DNA of 62,427 nt, the filler included, from Asterionella formosa (taxonomy: Eukaryota), in NCBI GenBank assembly GCA_002256025.1. It is 16 parts of 16 records of this genome, joined end to end, with 100 filler letters (N's around TTAATTAATTAA, not from the genome) between each part and the next. Parts side by side here need not be neighbours in the genome. Positions count along the whole stretch, not along the records: positions 1 to 31,302 come from NKIB01000715.1; 15 more parts are not named here. One strand, given 5' to 3'. Below are positions 11,217-24,467 of the stretch, one piece after another. The position numbers and the translations under genes are program-made. The notes beneath the pieces were generated by a model. That model did no database searches, was not told the DNA's origin, and saw only the letters and a program-made list of their open reading frames with translations. How positions within the stretch are numbered: the first letter of the stretch is position 1; each line of letters opens with the position of its first letter.

Positions 11217-11914
11217 GGCCGAGTGCTCGCTAAATGCTTGTTTGCTTACTTGATTGCGAAATGCGCTCAGCTTTGAAATTCCAGCTCACAAAATTACCGT
11301 ACTCCGTATCATTGGTAATAAATAACTATGAAAGTACCCATCAGGTACCAGGTACCAGGTACCCGGGTAACGAAGGACCAGAATCAATTCATATACCGGT
11401 ACCGGTATTTTTTAAATTCTTTTTAATGAACCGCTCCAGTACCGGTATCGTTTTCTACCTTTGCATATGATATCTATACATCATCGTCCTTCGCATCACC
11501 ATGCTGATGCAATGTTCTGAACATGCACAAAACAATGAGAATATCAGCAGTGGTCAGTCGCAAGTTTGGCTGACGCAACTAGGATTCGTTCGACTCAACT
11601 GCGGATGAGGATGATAGCCAGCCGCACCGGTACCAGTGCCTAGTACCGGCATGCGTGTTCCTCTTCATCATACCTATCATCGCCCCATCGGAAATGATAC
11701 ACACTTTTCGATCCGTTGAGTATCAACCAATAACGTCGCTTTACCGTCCCATAAAAACACTGCGTGGCAGTCCAAGAGAGAAAGCACCTTTCGCGACCCT
11801 CCCAACATCCGTGCCAAACGCCTCTTTACCTTCCAACGGTATTGTATCTTCCTCTTCATCCAAATTTGTCCCTGTCCACAAATTCACTGCATTCTTGCCC
11901 TCTTTTTCTCCACC

Positions 11915-13324
11915 ATGATGCATATGGACCAACCCGATGTTGTCACCACAGAGGTGTATGACACTGGCAATCGTCGCCGCCGCAATCGCATGCTACTCTA
12001 TTTTGGTATCGTCACGGTCATTGTTGCTATTTCCATCGGGACTTATTTTGCTGTCGACAACAAGAAGGACGATGGAAACAAGACGGCACAGTCAGAAGCC
12101 TTGCTCCGGGAACTTTCAAGTGTCATGACGAGCAAGGGATTGGATGCTTCCAGATTATCCGTATCAACGTCGTACCAAGCCAAGGCCATGCAGTGGGTCC
12201 TGGATACCGACAAGTTGATCTTGGAAGACAAAGCCACTTTGTTACAACGATTCACATTGGCGTGTTTGTACTATGCAACCAATGATGTCATCACGCTCTA
12301 TACGGATACTGCCGTTAGCTGGCGTGATAGTAAGGGATGGCTGTCTGCTGATAGCGAATGTACTTGGTTGGGTGTTCAGTGTTCTTCCAAGGGGAACGTG
12401 AATGGGATCACCTTGGAAAGCAATTCCATGACTGGGGCGTTACCTAAAGAATTGATGATTTTGGCCGATCATATCACCTCGCTTTCCTTCACTTCCAATC
12501 TTTTGTATATGGTTGGGGATGACTTTGATGTATTCGACAAACTTCCAAGACTTGAAACACTCCTGATTGATGACAACTATATGTCAACGACTGACGGTCT
12601 CCCGTCCTCGTTCAAATCGTTGGTGAGTCTCAAGAAGTTGCGCATGTCGTACAACTTGCTAGGAGGAGAGCTTTCAAACGATATGGTTAAATCATGGCCC
12701 AAGTTGACACACTTGGAAATCGAGAGTAACTTTTTATCAGGCTCATTGCCTTCGGCACTTGGACATATGGATCAATTGATTTATCTGTACATGAGGCGCA
12801 ATTCAATCACATCGAACTTGGACTTTCTCAAGACTGGCAAGATGGAGAACTTGTGTAAGTCTTTTTTGAGCTGATGATCGATAATGACGAGTCAACGACA
12901 TTCCATTCCATCACTAACCCAATTGGAACCCTATTTGTGTTGCACATTTTGCGCAGTCGCCATGTGGCTCGATAACAACCTAATAACGGGAGGCATTCCC
13001 ACTGAAATCGGAGCACTTACTATACTCGCATCGATCAGCATTACGAACGCTACTTTGACTGGAACTATTCCCACAGAAATGGGAAAGCTTACCAATCTCC
13101 GTCGCCTTTGGCTCTACCAAAATGATCTCAAGGGATCAATTCCAACACAGCTGGCCAAATTGACTGGTTTGGAAGTCTTTGAAATCCAAAACAACAGCAA
13201 ACTTACTGGAACTGTTCCTGCGGAGATTTGTGCCTCAGTCAAGGCGTCGACATTTGTGGATAAGAGTTTGACAGCCACGTGCAGTAATGTCGATTGCGCA
13301 AATTGTTGCACCGTGTGTGCGTAA
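11915..13324 (+). CDS. Type II membrane-anchored LRR receptor-like protein without kinase; exons 11915-12854, 12957-13324
   Basis: RRRRNR plus one TM, LLQRFTLACLYYAT, ECTWLGVQC LRR N-cap, LxxLxLxxNxLxGxIPxE repeats, C-terminal CxCCxxC; phase-1 intron 12855-12956. Confidence 0.88.
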
Positions 13325-13425
13325 TTTGCTTCGCATGGGTATTATAGCATATTACACAAATTATATATTAAAAAAAACCTTTTTCGGAGTAGTTTTTACT
13401 TTTGTTCTCGTTGGTAGAGTCATAT

Positions 13426-14886
13426 TCATGAACCTGCCGTCACCTGAGCTCCATCGTCTAACAACCGTTGCAGGTGAGGATGATACAGCAATCGCTTCAA
13501 GAGAACTAAATTCAACGCGAGCAGCACAAGCATCAATACATGAAATAAGCCATACATTCCTTTGGCCATACCTGGAATCATGGTTGATTCCATCTGTTGC
13601 AACCAATCCTTAGACTCGAATGCCGCCGAATGCCACACACAGCATGGCAACACGTAAAATCTCATTCCCAAAAAGACGGGTATAACCAACCACCGATGCA
13701 ATTGGTGGAGTACCCGAGGACTAAAGGGCGTGGGATGGTTGATGCAGGCCTGTAAAAGATGCAGCACGAACGAAGATACGTCTAAACAAAAACACCCAAT
13801 CGCCCCCAAGCGGCGAGTGGCCGAAAAGAGATGAGCGCCCAAAATGAGGAGCAAGGCGATTCCGTGTTGGAGTAATGATCGTCCATATGACGTATATGAT
13901 TTGGTGTTGGACTTTGTACCAGTTTGATGGTACCACAAGATGGTCTTGGCAATAATATGAAACGCACCACTATGTATATGATATGACGCTTGCACCAAGA
14001 AATAAAATTTCAATTTTGCATTCAAATCATCAAAATCAAAACTCTCGTCCAGCGCTACGCCCCCCTTCAAGGACCAACAATTCGCTGTCGCACCATTTCC
14101 ACCAAGTATTCTAGGCCAGAAATTACTCCCGCGAAAGCACACCAGCGCCATGGTGATGGTCGTTGCACAATAGAGGCATCGAAAGACCGCCGTGGCGTAT
14201 CTAGGAGCCGCGTGCAGTCTCAGTTTGGGCTGGTCTACCCCCAGGGCCTTTACGGATGACAGTTTGACTTGTTCCCATTTGAGTTCCAACCAACTGTCCG
14301 AGCGTGTCAACGATGGCATAGCGGGTGCCATGTCGTCAATGATGATGATTGGCTTCTTTGCCTTTGTGGGTGTCAAGGATTCTTGATAGGCGGAACTCAG
14401 TAGATGAATGCTCTTACATCGAACCATGGCTTCCAACTGTTCCGAGCCTGAAATTTCTCCCAACCAGTTCACAATCGCGATACGAATGATGGCCAGTGAA
14501 AGCGACAAGACAACTATAATACCCAGGTCGGTCCATTCTGCTTCAGCCCCAATCGTCCTTGTCAGTAGTCGAGACAATGGTGTTGTGACGTAGTTCGATA
14601 CCCACGTTTGCTTTTCGTAAAAAAGCCCTATTGGGGCGAATAGTGTGGGGAGGATCAAGCATAACAAGTACAGAGCCAATCCTTGGAGTAAATCTGACCA
14701 CCATGTTCGCTTGTTTTTGTTTTGGCGTGGAGTGATGGTGGTCGCAGCGTTCCCTCGGATCGTTTGTTGTGGCTGTAGCCTGCTGCCAGGTTGTAGTGGC
14801 TGCTGTCCCTCTCGGGTTTGTCGTTGGTCTCTGGCTTGTTTCCGGGCAATGGCAACGCCCACATCCGCGATCGATGATGAATTCAT
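13426..14886 (-). CDS. TLC (TRAM/LAG1/CLN8) domain membrane protein
   Basis: Multi-TM ORF; KFYFLVQASYH and Lag1-like segment LLQHGIALLLI...RLGAIGCFCLDVSS; first ATG at 14886. Confidence 0.78.
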   Translation of the reverse strand: MNSSSIADVGVAIARKQARDQRQTREGQQPLQPGSRLQPQQTIRGNAATTITPRQNKNKRTWWSDLLQGLALYLLCLILPTLFAPIGLFYEKQTWVSNYVTTPLSRLLTRTIGAEAEWTDLGIIVVLSLSLAIIRIAIVNWLGEISGSEQLEAMVRCKSIHLLSSAYQESLTPTKAKKPIIIIDDMAPAMPSLTRSDSWLELKWEQVKLSSVKALGVDQPKLRLHAAPRYATAVFRCLYCATTITMALVCFRGSNFWPRILGGNGATANCWSLKGGVALDESFDFDDLNAKLKFYFLVQASYHIHSGAFHIIAKTILWYHQTGTKSNTKSYTSYGRSLLQHGIALLLILGAHLFSATRRLGAIGCFCLDVSSFVLHLLQACINHPTPFSPRVLHQLHRWLVIPVFLGMRFYVLPCCVWHSAAFESKDWLQQMESTMIPGMAKGMYGLFHVLMLVLLALNLVLLKRLLYHPHLQRLLDDGAQVTAGS

Positions 14887-15624
14887 GATGACCAAAAGAA
14901 CTATGATTATTTATCGGTACCACCAGGGAATACGCCAACGTCAACTATCATGGCTTATATTATTATGTCTATTATTCTCGTCGGTGTCAACTTTTCGGAT
15001 CCCCCCACAATAAATATAACGACGGTACTAATTATTTGTCTTTATTCATGGCTGTATCATTATGTTCATACTTGTGTTTACTATCCATCAGAAGCGAACT
15101 GAGCAGTGTGAAATACAAGTGGTTGCATGTGAGTGTTTTTGCCAGTCGCGATTGAGGAGTGAACAAAAAAGAGGTTTTGCTCGGAACCCTACATTAGCAA
15201 ATACGCGTACCTGTATTTTGGCAGTGCTCTACAATACCCTGTAGATACTATACCGGTGTGTTTGTTAGCTACCGGTACATAGGTACGCTGTGCGTTTCCT
15301 TTACCACTCCAAATGCCTGGTACCAGTACTGTATTACGCTATGTAGGGTTAGGAACTAAATTTGAACCCTAGTCTACGGTATGCCGGTGGACATACCGTA
15401 ATAACCTTCCGAATCTTTTGCAGTTGCTCTGATCACTATGGTACAACACTCCACATCATACATATATTTTTGTATGAGGCAACGACTTCTTTCAACAAAA
15501 AATAAAACATAGTAACACCCTGTTCCCGTCATCATCATTCAAACGAGAAAGCACCACAAATAAATACGAAGCCCATTATTCATAACATCATTATATTTAT
15601 TGCTCAGTACAAACGAGTCACACC

Positions 15625-16847
15625 ATGCTTCTGTCTCGCGCCGCCCTCCGTCCAATCGCTTTTGCAGGCAGAATTCGCTGGCAATCATCCCTTGCGTCCA
15701 GTCTGGCTGGATTGAATGGACGTCACTTTCTTAGTATTGATGAGCTCAGGTACGTCCAAAGATAGTGAAATATCTTCTCTCGATGTGCTCATGTTGTGAA
15801 CCTGTGAAAATTCACCACGCAGAGCCACCAAGCCAGGCCCATCCGTAGTGCTCTACTTGTTTAGTCTAGCTTCGACTCCTCATTCACTTACACATCTTAA
15901 CCTCCCCTTTGATGGATACAAACACATACAGTAATGCCGAACTTCGTGGCCTTTTGGATCTGAGTAAAAAGTTCAAGGCTACCTACAGCACCAAAGATCC
16001 CGCCGTACAAACGGAGACGGCCCGTAAGCCTCTTACGGGGCATTCCGTCTCCATGATTTTCCAAAAGCGATCGACTCGTACAAGAGTCAGCACCGAAACA
16101 GGAACCAACCTCTTGGGGGGACACGCTCTCTTCTTGGGACCGTCCGACATTCAACTCGGGGTCAATGAAAGTATGAAGGATACGGCCCTGGTGCTCAGCA
16201 GATTCAATAGTATCATTCTGGCTCGAGTCTTTGGACACAAGGATATTGTGGAGTTGGCCAAGTATGCGACTGTACCTGTCATTAATGCTCTCTCGGATTT
16301 GCATCATCCACTTCAAACATTGGCCGACCTAATGGCTCTGGAAGATCACTTTGGAGATGTCAAGGGAAAGACTGTCAGCTGGGTCGGTGATGGCAACAAC
16401 GTCCTTCACGACCTTATGTTGGGATCGGCCAAGTTGGGCATGAACTTGAGAATTGCCACCCCCAAGGGATACGAATGCGACCAAGGAATCATGGCCAAGA
16501 CTGTTGCCTTGGCGGCCGAAAACAAGACTCTTCCTGTATTTACCACCAACGATGCATCCGATGCAGTCCACACAGCTGATGTCGTGGTAACAGACACTTG
16601 GGTCAGTATGGGCCAGGAAGCCGAGTATGCCAAGCGTGTTGCGGAGTTTGATGGATACCAAGTCAACGCCCATCTCATGGCCAAGGCTAACAAGGGAGCT
16701 GTCTTTTTGCATTGTCTTCCCCGACATAAGGAAGAAGTGACAGACGAAGTCTTTTATTCACCATCCTCCTTGATTTTACCAGAAGCAGAGAATCGCATGT
16801 GGACTGTCATGGCTGTCATGGCGGCGCAGTTAGGAAAAGTGGAGTAA
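15625..16847 (+). CDS. OTC: Ornithine carbamoyltransferase, mitochondrial-type; exons 15625-15749, 15932-16847
   Basis: Presequence MLLSRAALRPIAFAGRIRWQSS; phase-2 intron 15750-15931; motifs STRTR, HPLQ, WVSMG, HCLP. Confidence 0.95.
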
Positions 16848-16867
16848 TTTAGTAACAGGATGCTCTA

Positions 16868-16890
16868 GACTCGACTCGACTCGACTCGAC
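16868..16890. repeat. (GACTC)n pentamer microsatellite after OTC
   Basis: gactcgactcgactcgactcgac. Confidence 0.8.
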
Positions 16891-18431
16891 CAACAGAATT
16901 GATTCGAATTTGGTTCTTGGATGACAGGTAGCGATGGAAAAAGTAAGCATAGATGTAATACTTAAAAATACGATACAATTGGAGGACATCCACACATGGA
17001 CAATACCACAGAGGTTAACGACCATGGTAGCGATCTAAATTTTCACCGTCACAATAAGGAAAGACGTCAAAAGTTATTATAGATAAAGACCTGTCAACAG
17101 TGCATTTTCATTTGACAAAAGCATAGCCTTTGAACTGCTGTTGGAAAATCAGATTTCACGTATACACTAAACAACACGATAAAATCATACTGCCTGATTG
17201 TCTTGCCCACCTCTTGGTTTGTCTCCTTTCGGATGATAATTTTGCTTTATTAAACAACAGATAGAATGATAAGCTAAGAAATAGTTTAAACTAGATCGTC
17301 TTATGCAATACCAGAATATTTACAAGAGCGACCTACTTTGCTGTAAACAACTTGATGTTAGGGAAGGGCGGAATACCGGTACACTATAATGCCACCTATG
17401 ATGCATTTTCAATCATACTGGTACCTGGTATCCGCACCGTTACCAGGTATACTCATACCAAACAAATTTCAAGATGCTTCATTGTACCCCGGATGATACA
17501 TAACGGTGTCTATCATACCAGTAAAAAGGAAGGTCCGGTAATCAAGATATTTAGCCATATCTATTCGAAAGCAAAACGTGTTAACAGTACATTCTAGGCA
17601 CGTATGGTATAGTCCTGCCTGGTGCCTACAGGTACCTGGTACCGGTGTGTAAGGGGTATCAGGAAAATCACCTTTTATTGAACGAAAGCATCAACGCAAA
17701 CTATTTTTATTTGAGGTAGAATAAGAAATTATTTGATCCTGTAAATGAAGATAAAATATGGTAACTCTATTTTCTTTCAATGTGCCTTACTCAGCATTTT
17801 GGAATCAGATTCATTTCCTAAGGGCTGATTAATAAATTTCCTATAAGTTTCTGATAAACCATGTTATGATGTAAGACAATTTATCACATTTTTCTGTTGG
17901 TTCCCCAAGGGCACCTATATTTATGATGAATTTGTTCATAATCTATGGGTTTTGCAGTAGGTATTTCATGCATTATAATTGGACATTGGGTTGTTGCTCC
18001 CGACAGTCAAATATTATCCTGTGAAATAGGTGAGCAGCATTTAAGTGCGTAATTATACATAAAAATGTATGCATCATTCCTGGACAGTGCTTCAAACACT
18101 GAAGACCCTATTTTTACAAGACTTCTGCATAAAGGAGTGACTGGCACATCATGCAAATTTCCGCCACCTAACAAAACAATCTAGACTTTAAGAATGTCAC
18201 AAGGTTGCTTGCTTTAGTTCTCAAGAACACTGGATTGAATTAGAGTAATAACAATGCAATCTCTACTGTAGCAGTAGAATGCATTTCGTGCTGACGTTTT
18301 CGAGATTCATACTTGAACTACAATCATATAAGGTGTCAATTTGAAAACAAAATTGATGTTCTAAAAAAAGCATCCAACTTATCAGTTTTTAACATATTCA
18401 ATAAGTCATCAGGGAATTCCAAGCAGCAACT

Positions 18432-19367
18432 TTAATGATGAATAGAAGCTGTGTGAGATGACAAGAATCTCATTATCCACTGAACCATCCTTGAACAGGG
18501 ACCTTGATTTCTTGAAATCGATGCATGCTGTTTTTCTGGCAAGTCAGTGACAGCAGCTAATTGGCCATCACCTACAAATAGTAGGGACTGAATGCTCGCA
18601 ATGACCGATTCGATATCATTGATTGGGTTCCATGCTTCCTTAGTCAGAGGCTCTATATATAGAAACCCGTTCATGACAAACCCGGTCGGACGTTTGAATT
18701 TGGGTTTGACAACCCGCACAAATGGAGGCTCGAAGGGATATTGATCTGTGAAGGACATTTCCAATTCCACATAGTCACATCCAACGATTTCCATGTCCTT
18801 CGCGAGATAGGAGTCTTGGTCGAACTGAAACAACTTAATAAGCCACTTGTCTATCTTTTCTTCGTCCATGGGCTGCATCGAGAAGCCAGCTGCTTCAATG
18901 TCGGACATCATGATTTTGTACAGGTCTAACGCTAGGCGTCGCTTGCCGCCAGTAGTCTCTCGCTCAGCTCGCAGCAACATGAAAGCCGCCAGATTGGAAG
19001 GCTCCTTCAACTTGACTGTTTCCTCCTCTATTCGCGTGGGCTCTGAAGTGTCCAAGGCCGCGGAATTGCCAGAAGGCGCTTGGTCAGCTACAAGGAAACC
19101 AGAAAAGCCATTGTTGTCTTCGTACTCGTATTCCGACTCGTCTTCGTTTTCTACTGTCACGGGCTCAGCGGACAAGTTGGCGAGGTTGGGATCGGCACCC
19201 CCTTCCAGTCCAGCATCGAGTTCAGAAACATTGTCTTCCACTTCAGACACGGCGCCAGCCAATTGTTCCCAAGAAAGTATGGAAGTGTCCAAGGTGCTCG
19301 CTGGCACTACGGCGTTGTTGCTTCTGCCGTTGTCCTCGCTTCTGCAATCATTCATGGTCGATGACAT
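18432..19367 (-). CDS. UBE2Q-like ubiquitin-conjugating domain protein lacking the catalytic Cys (pseudo-E2 or decaying paralog)
   Basis: YPFEPPFVRVVKPKF..GFVMNGFLYIEPLTKEAWNPINDIESVI matches UBE2Q, which normally reads GALCMELLT; acidic N-terminus; start uncertain. Confidence 0.75.
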   Translation of the reverse strand: MSSTMNDCRSEDNGRSNNAVVPASTLDTSILSWEQLAGAVSEVEDNVSELDAGLEGGADPNLANLSAEPVTVENEDESEYEYEDNNGFSGFLVADQAPSGNSAALDTSEPTRIEEETVKLKEPSNLAAFMLLRAERETTGGKRRLALDLYKIMMSDIEAAGFSMQPMDEEKIDKWLIKLFQFDQDSYLAKDMEIVGCDYVELEMSFTDQYPFEPPFVRVVKPKFKRPTGFVMNGFLYIEPLTKEAWNPINDIESVIASIQSLLFVGDGQLAAVTDLPEKQHASISRNQGPCSRMVQWIMRFLSSHTASIHH

Positions 19368-22300
19368 GGCCGAGGAGAGAGAACAGATGTGGGAGACGGA
19401 GACGACTGGACTGGCCACAGGGCTGCCTGAACAAGGAGGGTCGTTAGGTGTGCAGTTAACGTTGGAACGGCGTAATGGAAGTTGATGAATGAACGAGATG
19501 ACCTATCAAAAATTCTGAAGTCCTTCTGTTCCGGAATAGTTGCAACACGATCAGGGAGGCACAGAAAACGCGGTATCAGGGTACCGGTACTTCCTCGATC
19601 GGTATGTGGAAAATTCCTCATACATCGTTCACCGACCTCGCAGACTATTTTCCAAGTGAAGTATCACGCGAAATTCCAGTCGCGCGCTCTTCTGCGAAGT
19701 TCGCGGACTTGATGACAAATACGAGCGACATTCATTTCGACAAAGCGAACTTGAGCTCTGACTGACTACTAAGCATCAAGCATCCATTGGCAATTCCCGC
19801 TCCAGCTATCGTCTTGCCATTCGGGTACTTCTAAGGAATTTTAGCCTCTAAGTAATCTTTTAAGTAATTTTTATTTAGGGGCAATATGGGGCATATCGAT
19901 TTTTTCGGCATTAAAATTGCCGATTTTAGCATGACAGCCAGAAAAACGGTAAAATACATAGAAAGGTACAACAAGCATAAAACACACGAGAATGATTGTC
20001 ACATGCAACATCAATGAAAAAAAGGAATAAGAAGTTTGGAGCAACTAAAATATGAACTGTGATGTAATAAGTAGTGTCAAATGAGAAATAGAAAAAGTTG
20101 TTTTGGGTTAGAAATGAAGTAAAAAATAGGAGTTTCAATGGAGATGTATACATTGTAGCAGCGCTTACACAGGCAACAAGAATGACTTTCCATCACACCA
20201 TTGAAGAGCAAAATGAAACAAATAAGAATAAAAAAGCTCAACCCAATTGAAATCTGCATCGTGATGTAGCATAGATGATCTGGTTGCTGCAGCCATGAAC
20301 ATCGCTGTAGTAGCCTGAAACAAGTTGCTTGCAGTCCTTCCACCCACAGTCGTTCCTCCCTTCAAACAGCAGCCCTGATCATTTCATTCCAATCCGTTCT
20401 GATTGATCGTGATCACCAGGAAGCTCCAGCACTATCGACTCCCTCTAGCTGTGTATTTATTTAGCTTGTGATACGAACTCTTAGTAGAAATCTAGCAAAG
20501 CGAATTAGTACAAGAAAAGCATTGCTTGGCGGCAAAGAGTTGTCATCTATAAATACATTGGTTCTTTTGTACATAGATACAATCGAAACAAAACAACAGT
20601 GCGGAATGAAGAACAATGATGAAAGCGATCAAAACATACCATGATGGAAGCAATCAAATCGGAATTTCGAAAGTTAGTATTTACAATCACATTCAGTGTT
20701 TCACTGTTGTAATCACCGATCCGCTCTAACAAGCATAACATGCAGTAGACGGCGCATGAGAAAGTCGAAAGTTCCTGTTGCAAGCCTGAATTGAGCAATG
20801 GCAGGCAGGATAGAGTGAGAATCATTATTGTGAGGACGAAATCGGGCATACAGTACGTAAAATCAATCAATATGTGAACAATATAATTTAACATTCTGGT
20901 CTCCTAAAAATAATACTGAGTCTATAGAGATAATATTATAACATGTTCAAAGTAAGTGTTAAAGTTTAGGTTACACCATGCATGGTTGTTTTGAGTACCA
21001 CGTACATATGTAGGCTAAATGACTAGAATATGCATTCGTTAAGCATCATCAGCCACATACATGACCGGAGCAAAAACTTGCCGCCAACATCAGATGTATC
21101 ACTATCATCTTTCATCCAAGGAAATATGGATGATGCGACTACATGAATACCTCGAGAAGACAAGCAATCCAACAATCAACTGCATCCATTAGACAATGAA
21201 TCGCTAGCTACTGGCGTCATCACTGAACTGATTTCGCTTCAAACCGGCTATGATGGGCGACAATTGGCATGGTGAAGGGTGAATTACTGGAGTCCACTTT
21301 TCAGTTGACGAACAAAAACGAGGTGAATTCTAGATATAAATTATTAAAATCTGTAGAGTATATTGAATGGTTTCCTTAAGGGGACCTCTTGCCGATTTCG
21401 GCGATTCCAGGGCTGGAAAACCAAAGGGCAATTGTCATGATCTGTTGTCTTGCCAAAATGCTAACATAAAAAATATACAAAATATATTTTAATGATGGGC
21501 AATTTCGGACCTTTGCCAATGTTTGATGTGAAGATAGGAAAAATATGAAATATTCTTTATACGATGGGCAATAGTAGGCTAAAATTGACATTTATGTTTT
21601 ATTTGTGGGCAGTAGTTAAGCAAATGTCACAACGATAGCTAGTTTGTGAATTGCCTCAGCAATACCCTTTCTCGGTGGCTACATCATGCCTTCTCATACA
21701 CATGTGTACTCGGCTGGGATGGCACTTGTAGGGTGACCTTCTTGCAGCACTGGGGACGCAACTTGTATGGTCAGCCTACTTGTGCCACCCAGCCTCAAAC
21801 ACATGTATACTTGCAGGCAAGAGACCACCATGTGCATGTATTGCCTTCAGCATCAAGAACAGCAAAACAACATCTGCTGATCACCACTCATCCTCAACCA
21901 CGGCGCCAGAACCCCATCAAGACAAGAAAGCTCTTTCTCCCTCTGCATGGTGAAAGTAGTTGCAATGAACTGTTGCTGTTGTTGTTGCTGTTCTTGTAGG
22001 GGTATCAGAAGGGCCAGCAATGATGATAAAAAATCTCAAGAAGTAGACATACCTATTTTATCATGGCGATCCATCCGTGAAAGGAAGCATTGGATATTTG
22101 GAGTCTCTGCCAAGGGGAAGGCTTCAGTTTGAAGTCGTTTGGAGTAGAGAGGAGCTGAATGCCAATCTCCAGTACCAGGTACATCGGTACTATGGGCTGC
22201 TGCATATTCATCCATTACTATGACTACAGGGCATTACCAGCACTTTTGACAACATCATACACTGGGCGGAGCGAATGCTTCATGAAGAAAGCTTACGTCT

Positions 22301-24031
22301 GGAATGCTGCCAAGATTCTCTGAGAGGCAGACGGAAAAATCGAAAATCGCAATGCGCGTCGACTTGATAATTTCGGAGATTTATTCATTTGTATGTCTGT
22401 GTCTGTTCGAAGAAACCTTCCTAGGATTTTTTCTCCCTGTGCTCACAACACGGTAAAACTACTAGCACAGTGACCAATGAAACTTCACCTTAATGTAACT
22501 TAACACACATCATCACACAACTTCGGAATCGTGATCCTTGTCATCCATTTGTCTTGATTGCTTTTTTTTGTCTTGCAGCACCTGACAGATTGATTGCAGT
22601 GTTAAGGCAGTCGCCTGGAGCTGAGGGAAATGTGCACAGTTTCCCCCCACGATGTGACAATCAAACAGAGTAGTAACATTGCAACAGGAAGTGACAAGCA
22701 ACAGACCGGATACTGTCGCACAACTTGTTTGTCGATCAGAATCTCACTCAGTTGTCCATTTTCATTCCTCTTCTTTTTTGTGGAAGGTGCGATAACGATG
22801 ATATGAGCGAGTATTGGGTTGATATGAATGATAAGTTGATTGCGCAATAAAAGTGCCGTCGTTATATTCTTCAAGGTACAAGTCGGACATTGGAAATTGG
22901 CAACCGCACAAGGGAAGGATCGGCGAAGTTTTCAAGCACGACAATAATCAGCCTATCAGCAGGGACAAGGGAAGAAACAAACGTGTCTTTCTATCTACAG
23001 CTGTAGCAATGGAGCAATGTCAAACAAGTTGTTCATGAAAATTATCTAGCGAACGGCCTACTGATCCATCAGATCGTCAAGTGCCCCCACAAAACATATC
23101 ATAATAGTTTATCATTATTTGCTATAGTTTGCTAACATTTACCACGTTTATGAGGTCACCAACACCACCATAGTCAATCAATTGATTGATTTAGCATTGC
23201 AAGTGGTTTTGATGTGGATAATTTTCCACGAGGGGTATTTCAATGGCTGATTTTTCAAAAAGAAGCAAGGAGTCACATAAAGTGCTATAGTTATTTGTTG
23301 AGAAACTCTACAATTTTTTTGGGTGAAACTGGAAAAAAGAAGTTTTACCAATAGGAAAAACAGCCTAAAACAACCCGAAAAATACAGATGTCTGACTACG
23401 GCAAAGGTTGCAGGTGAATAGACTTCTTTCAAATCTTTTGATTGGATTATTCATGTTAATATTGTAGTCTTAGTCTCATCTGTTGTGTAGCTACTGTGAA
23501 AGTGTCGTATCTGCTCGTAGTATCGTCGTTTAAAGATTGCGCATCAATAAATTTGCTGCTTGTTTCTTTTTGCTTCGTTGCTGTGTTAGATCACAGACAA
23601 GATAGGTTGCCTTGCAGAAAGTTGTGTCGAAATCGTTAACTTTTCACCTGCCTCTCCAAAGGAAAACATTCCTACTCCCATTCAGACAATCTCTAATATG
23701 TTTTGGAAGCTTGAGAACAGCTGATATTGAATATTCTTTAACATAAATAAACCTGTCTATTCTTGCCCTTCGTGTGATACTCATGCAGGAATATCATCAC
23801 TGCCTTTCTTGACTTTAGAAATCTTGAGCTAATTTGGTTCCAAAGATTGTTTTGGAGGCAGCCACCACATTGAAACAACTTATCAATCTTTTGTATCGAA
23901 TTGCATGTAATTACCAAAAAGTAAAAGATATTCCTATATTTGATTGACCAGCAACTTTAGATCATGAATGGCAGGATCACAATGGCAGCCACATATGGTG
24001 ATATAGCTATAATTTTTTAAAATTTCTTGTG

Positions 24032-24104
24032 AAAAGTGATTCCCCAAAAGCATTCCACTCATAATTTAACAAACAATTCTAAACGCCTTTGGGGAATCAC
24101 TTTT
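24032..24104. repeat. Inverted repeat / hairpin
   Basis: aaaagtgattccccaaa(agcatt)...(aacgcc)tttggggaatcactttt: 17 bp perfect, 23 bp with 2 mismatches. Confidence 0.85.
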
Positions 24105-24467
24105 GGATGAGAAACGACGGAGATCTTGAGCAACATGGTGAGGGGATCAAAGCAAACAAAAACAGCATGATGTTCACAAACCAGCTATAGGGATGACGAT
24201 AATATTTGTACCAGATCTAGATGGCCTAGACTACTATAATTATTATTTTGATGCAACCAGCCATAATCAATCGTGGGTGTGTGTTTGGTACATCACACAG
24301 AGACTTAAGGAATACATAGAGCCAACCGGTATTACTGTTACCCCTTGGTAGTATTTCTGCCTGCGGTACCAGGTAACAGGTATGTAGGACATAGCGGCGG
24401 CATACCGGTACCGTTACAGAAGTGAACATCGCACATTGAGTTCTTCAAGAACAGCTTTCATTTTGCC

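Noticed and set aside
5992..16847. DUF1989 plus OTC as a nitrogen-metabolism gene cluster
   Set aside because: About 9 kb apart with unrelated genes between; chance proximity is sufficient.
18847..19485. 212-aa plus-strand ORF
   Set aside because: Antisense shadow of the UBE2Q-like gene, no recognisable motifs.
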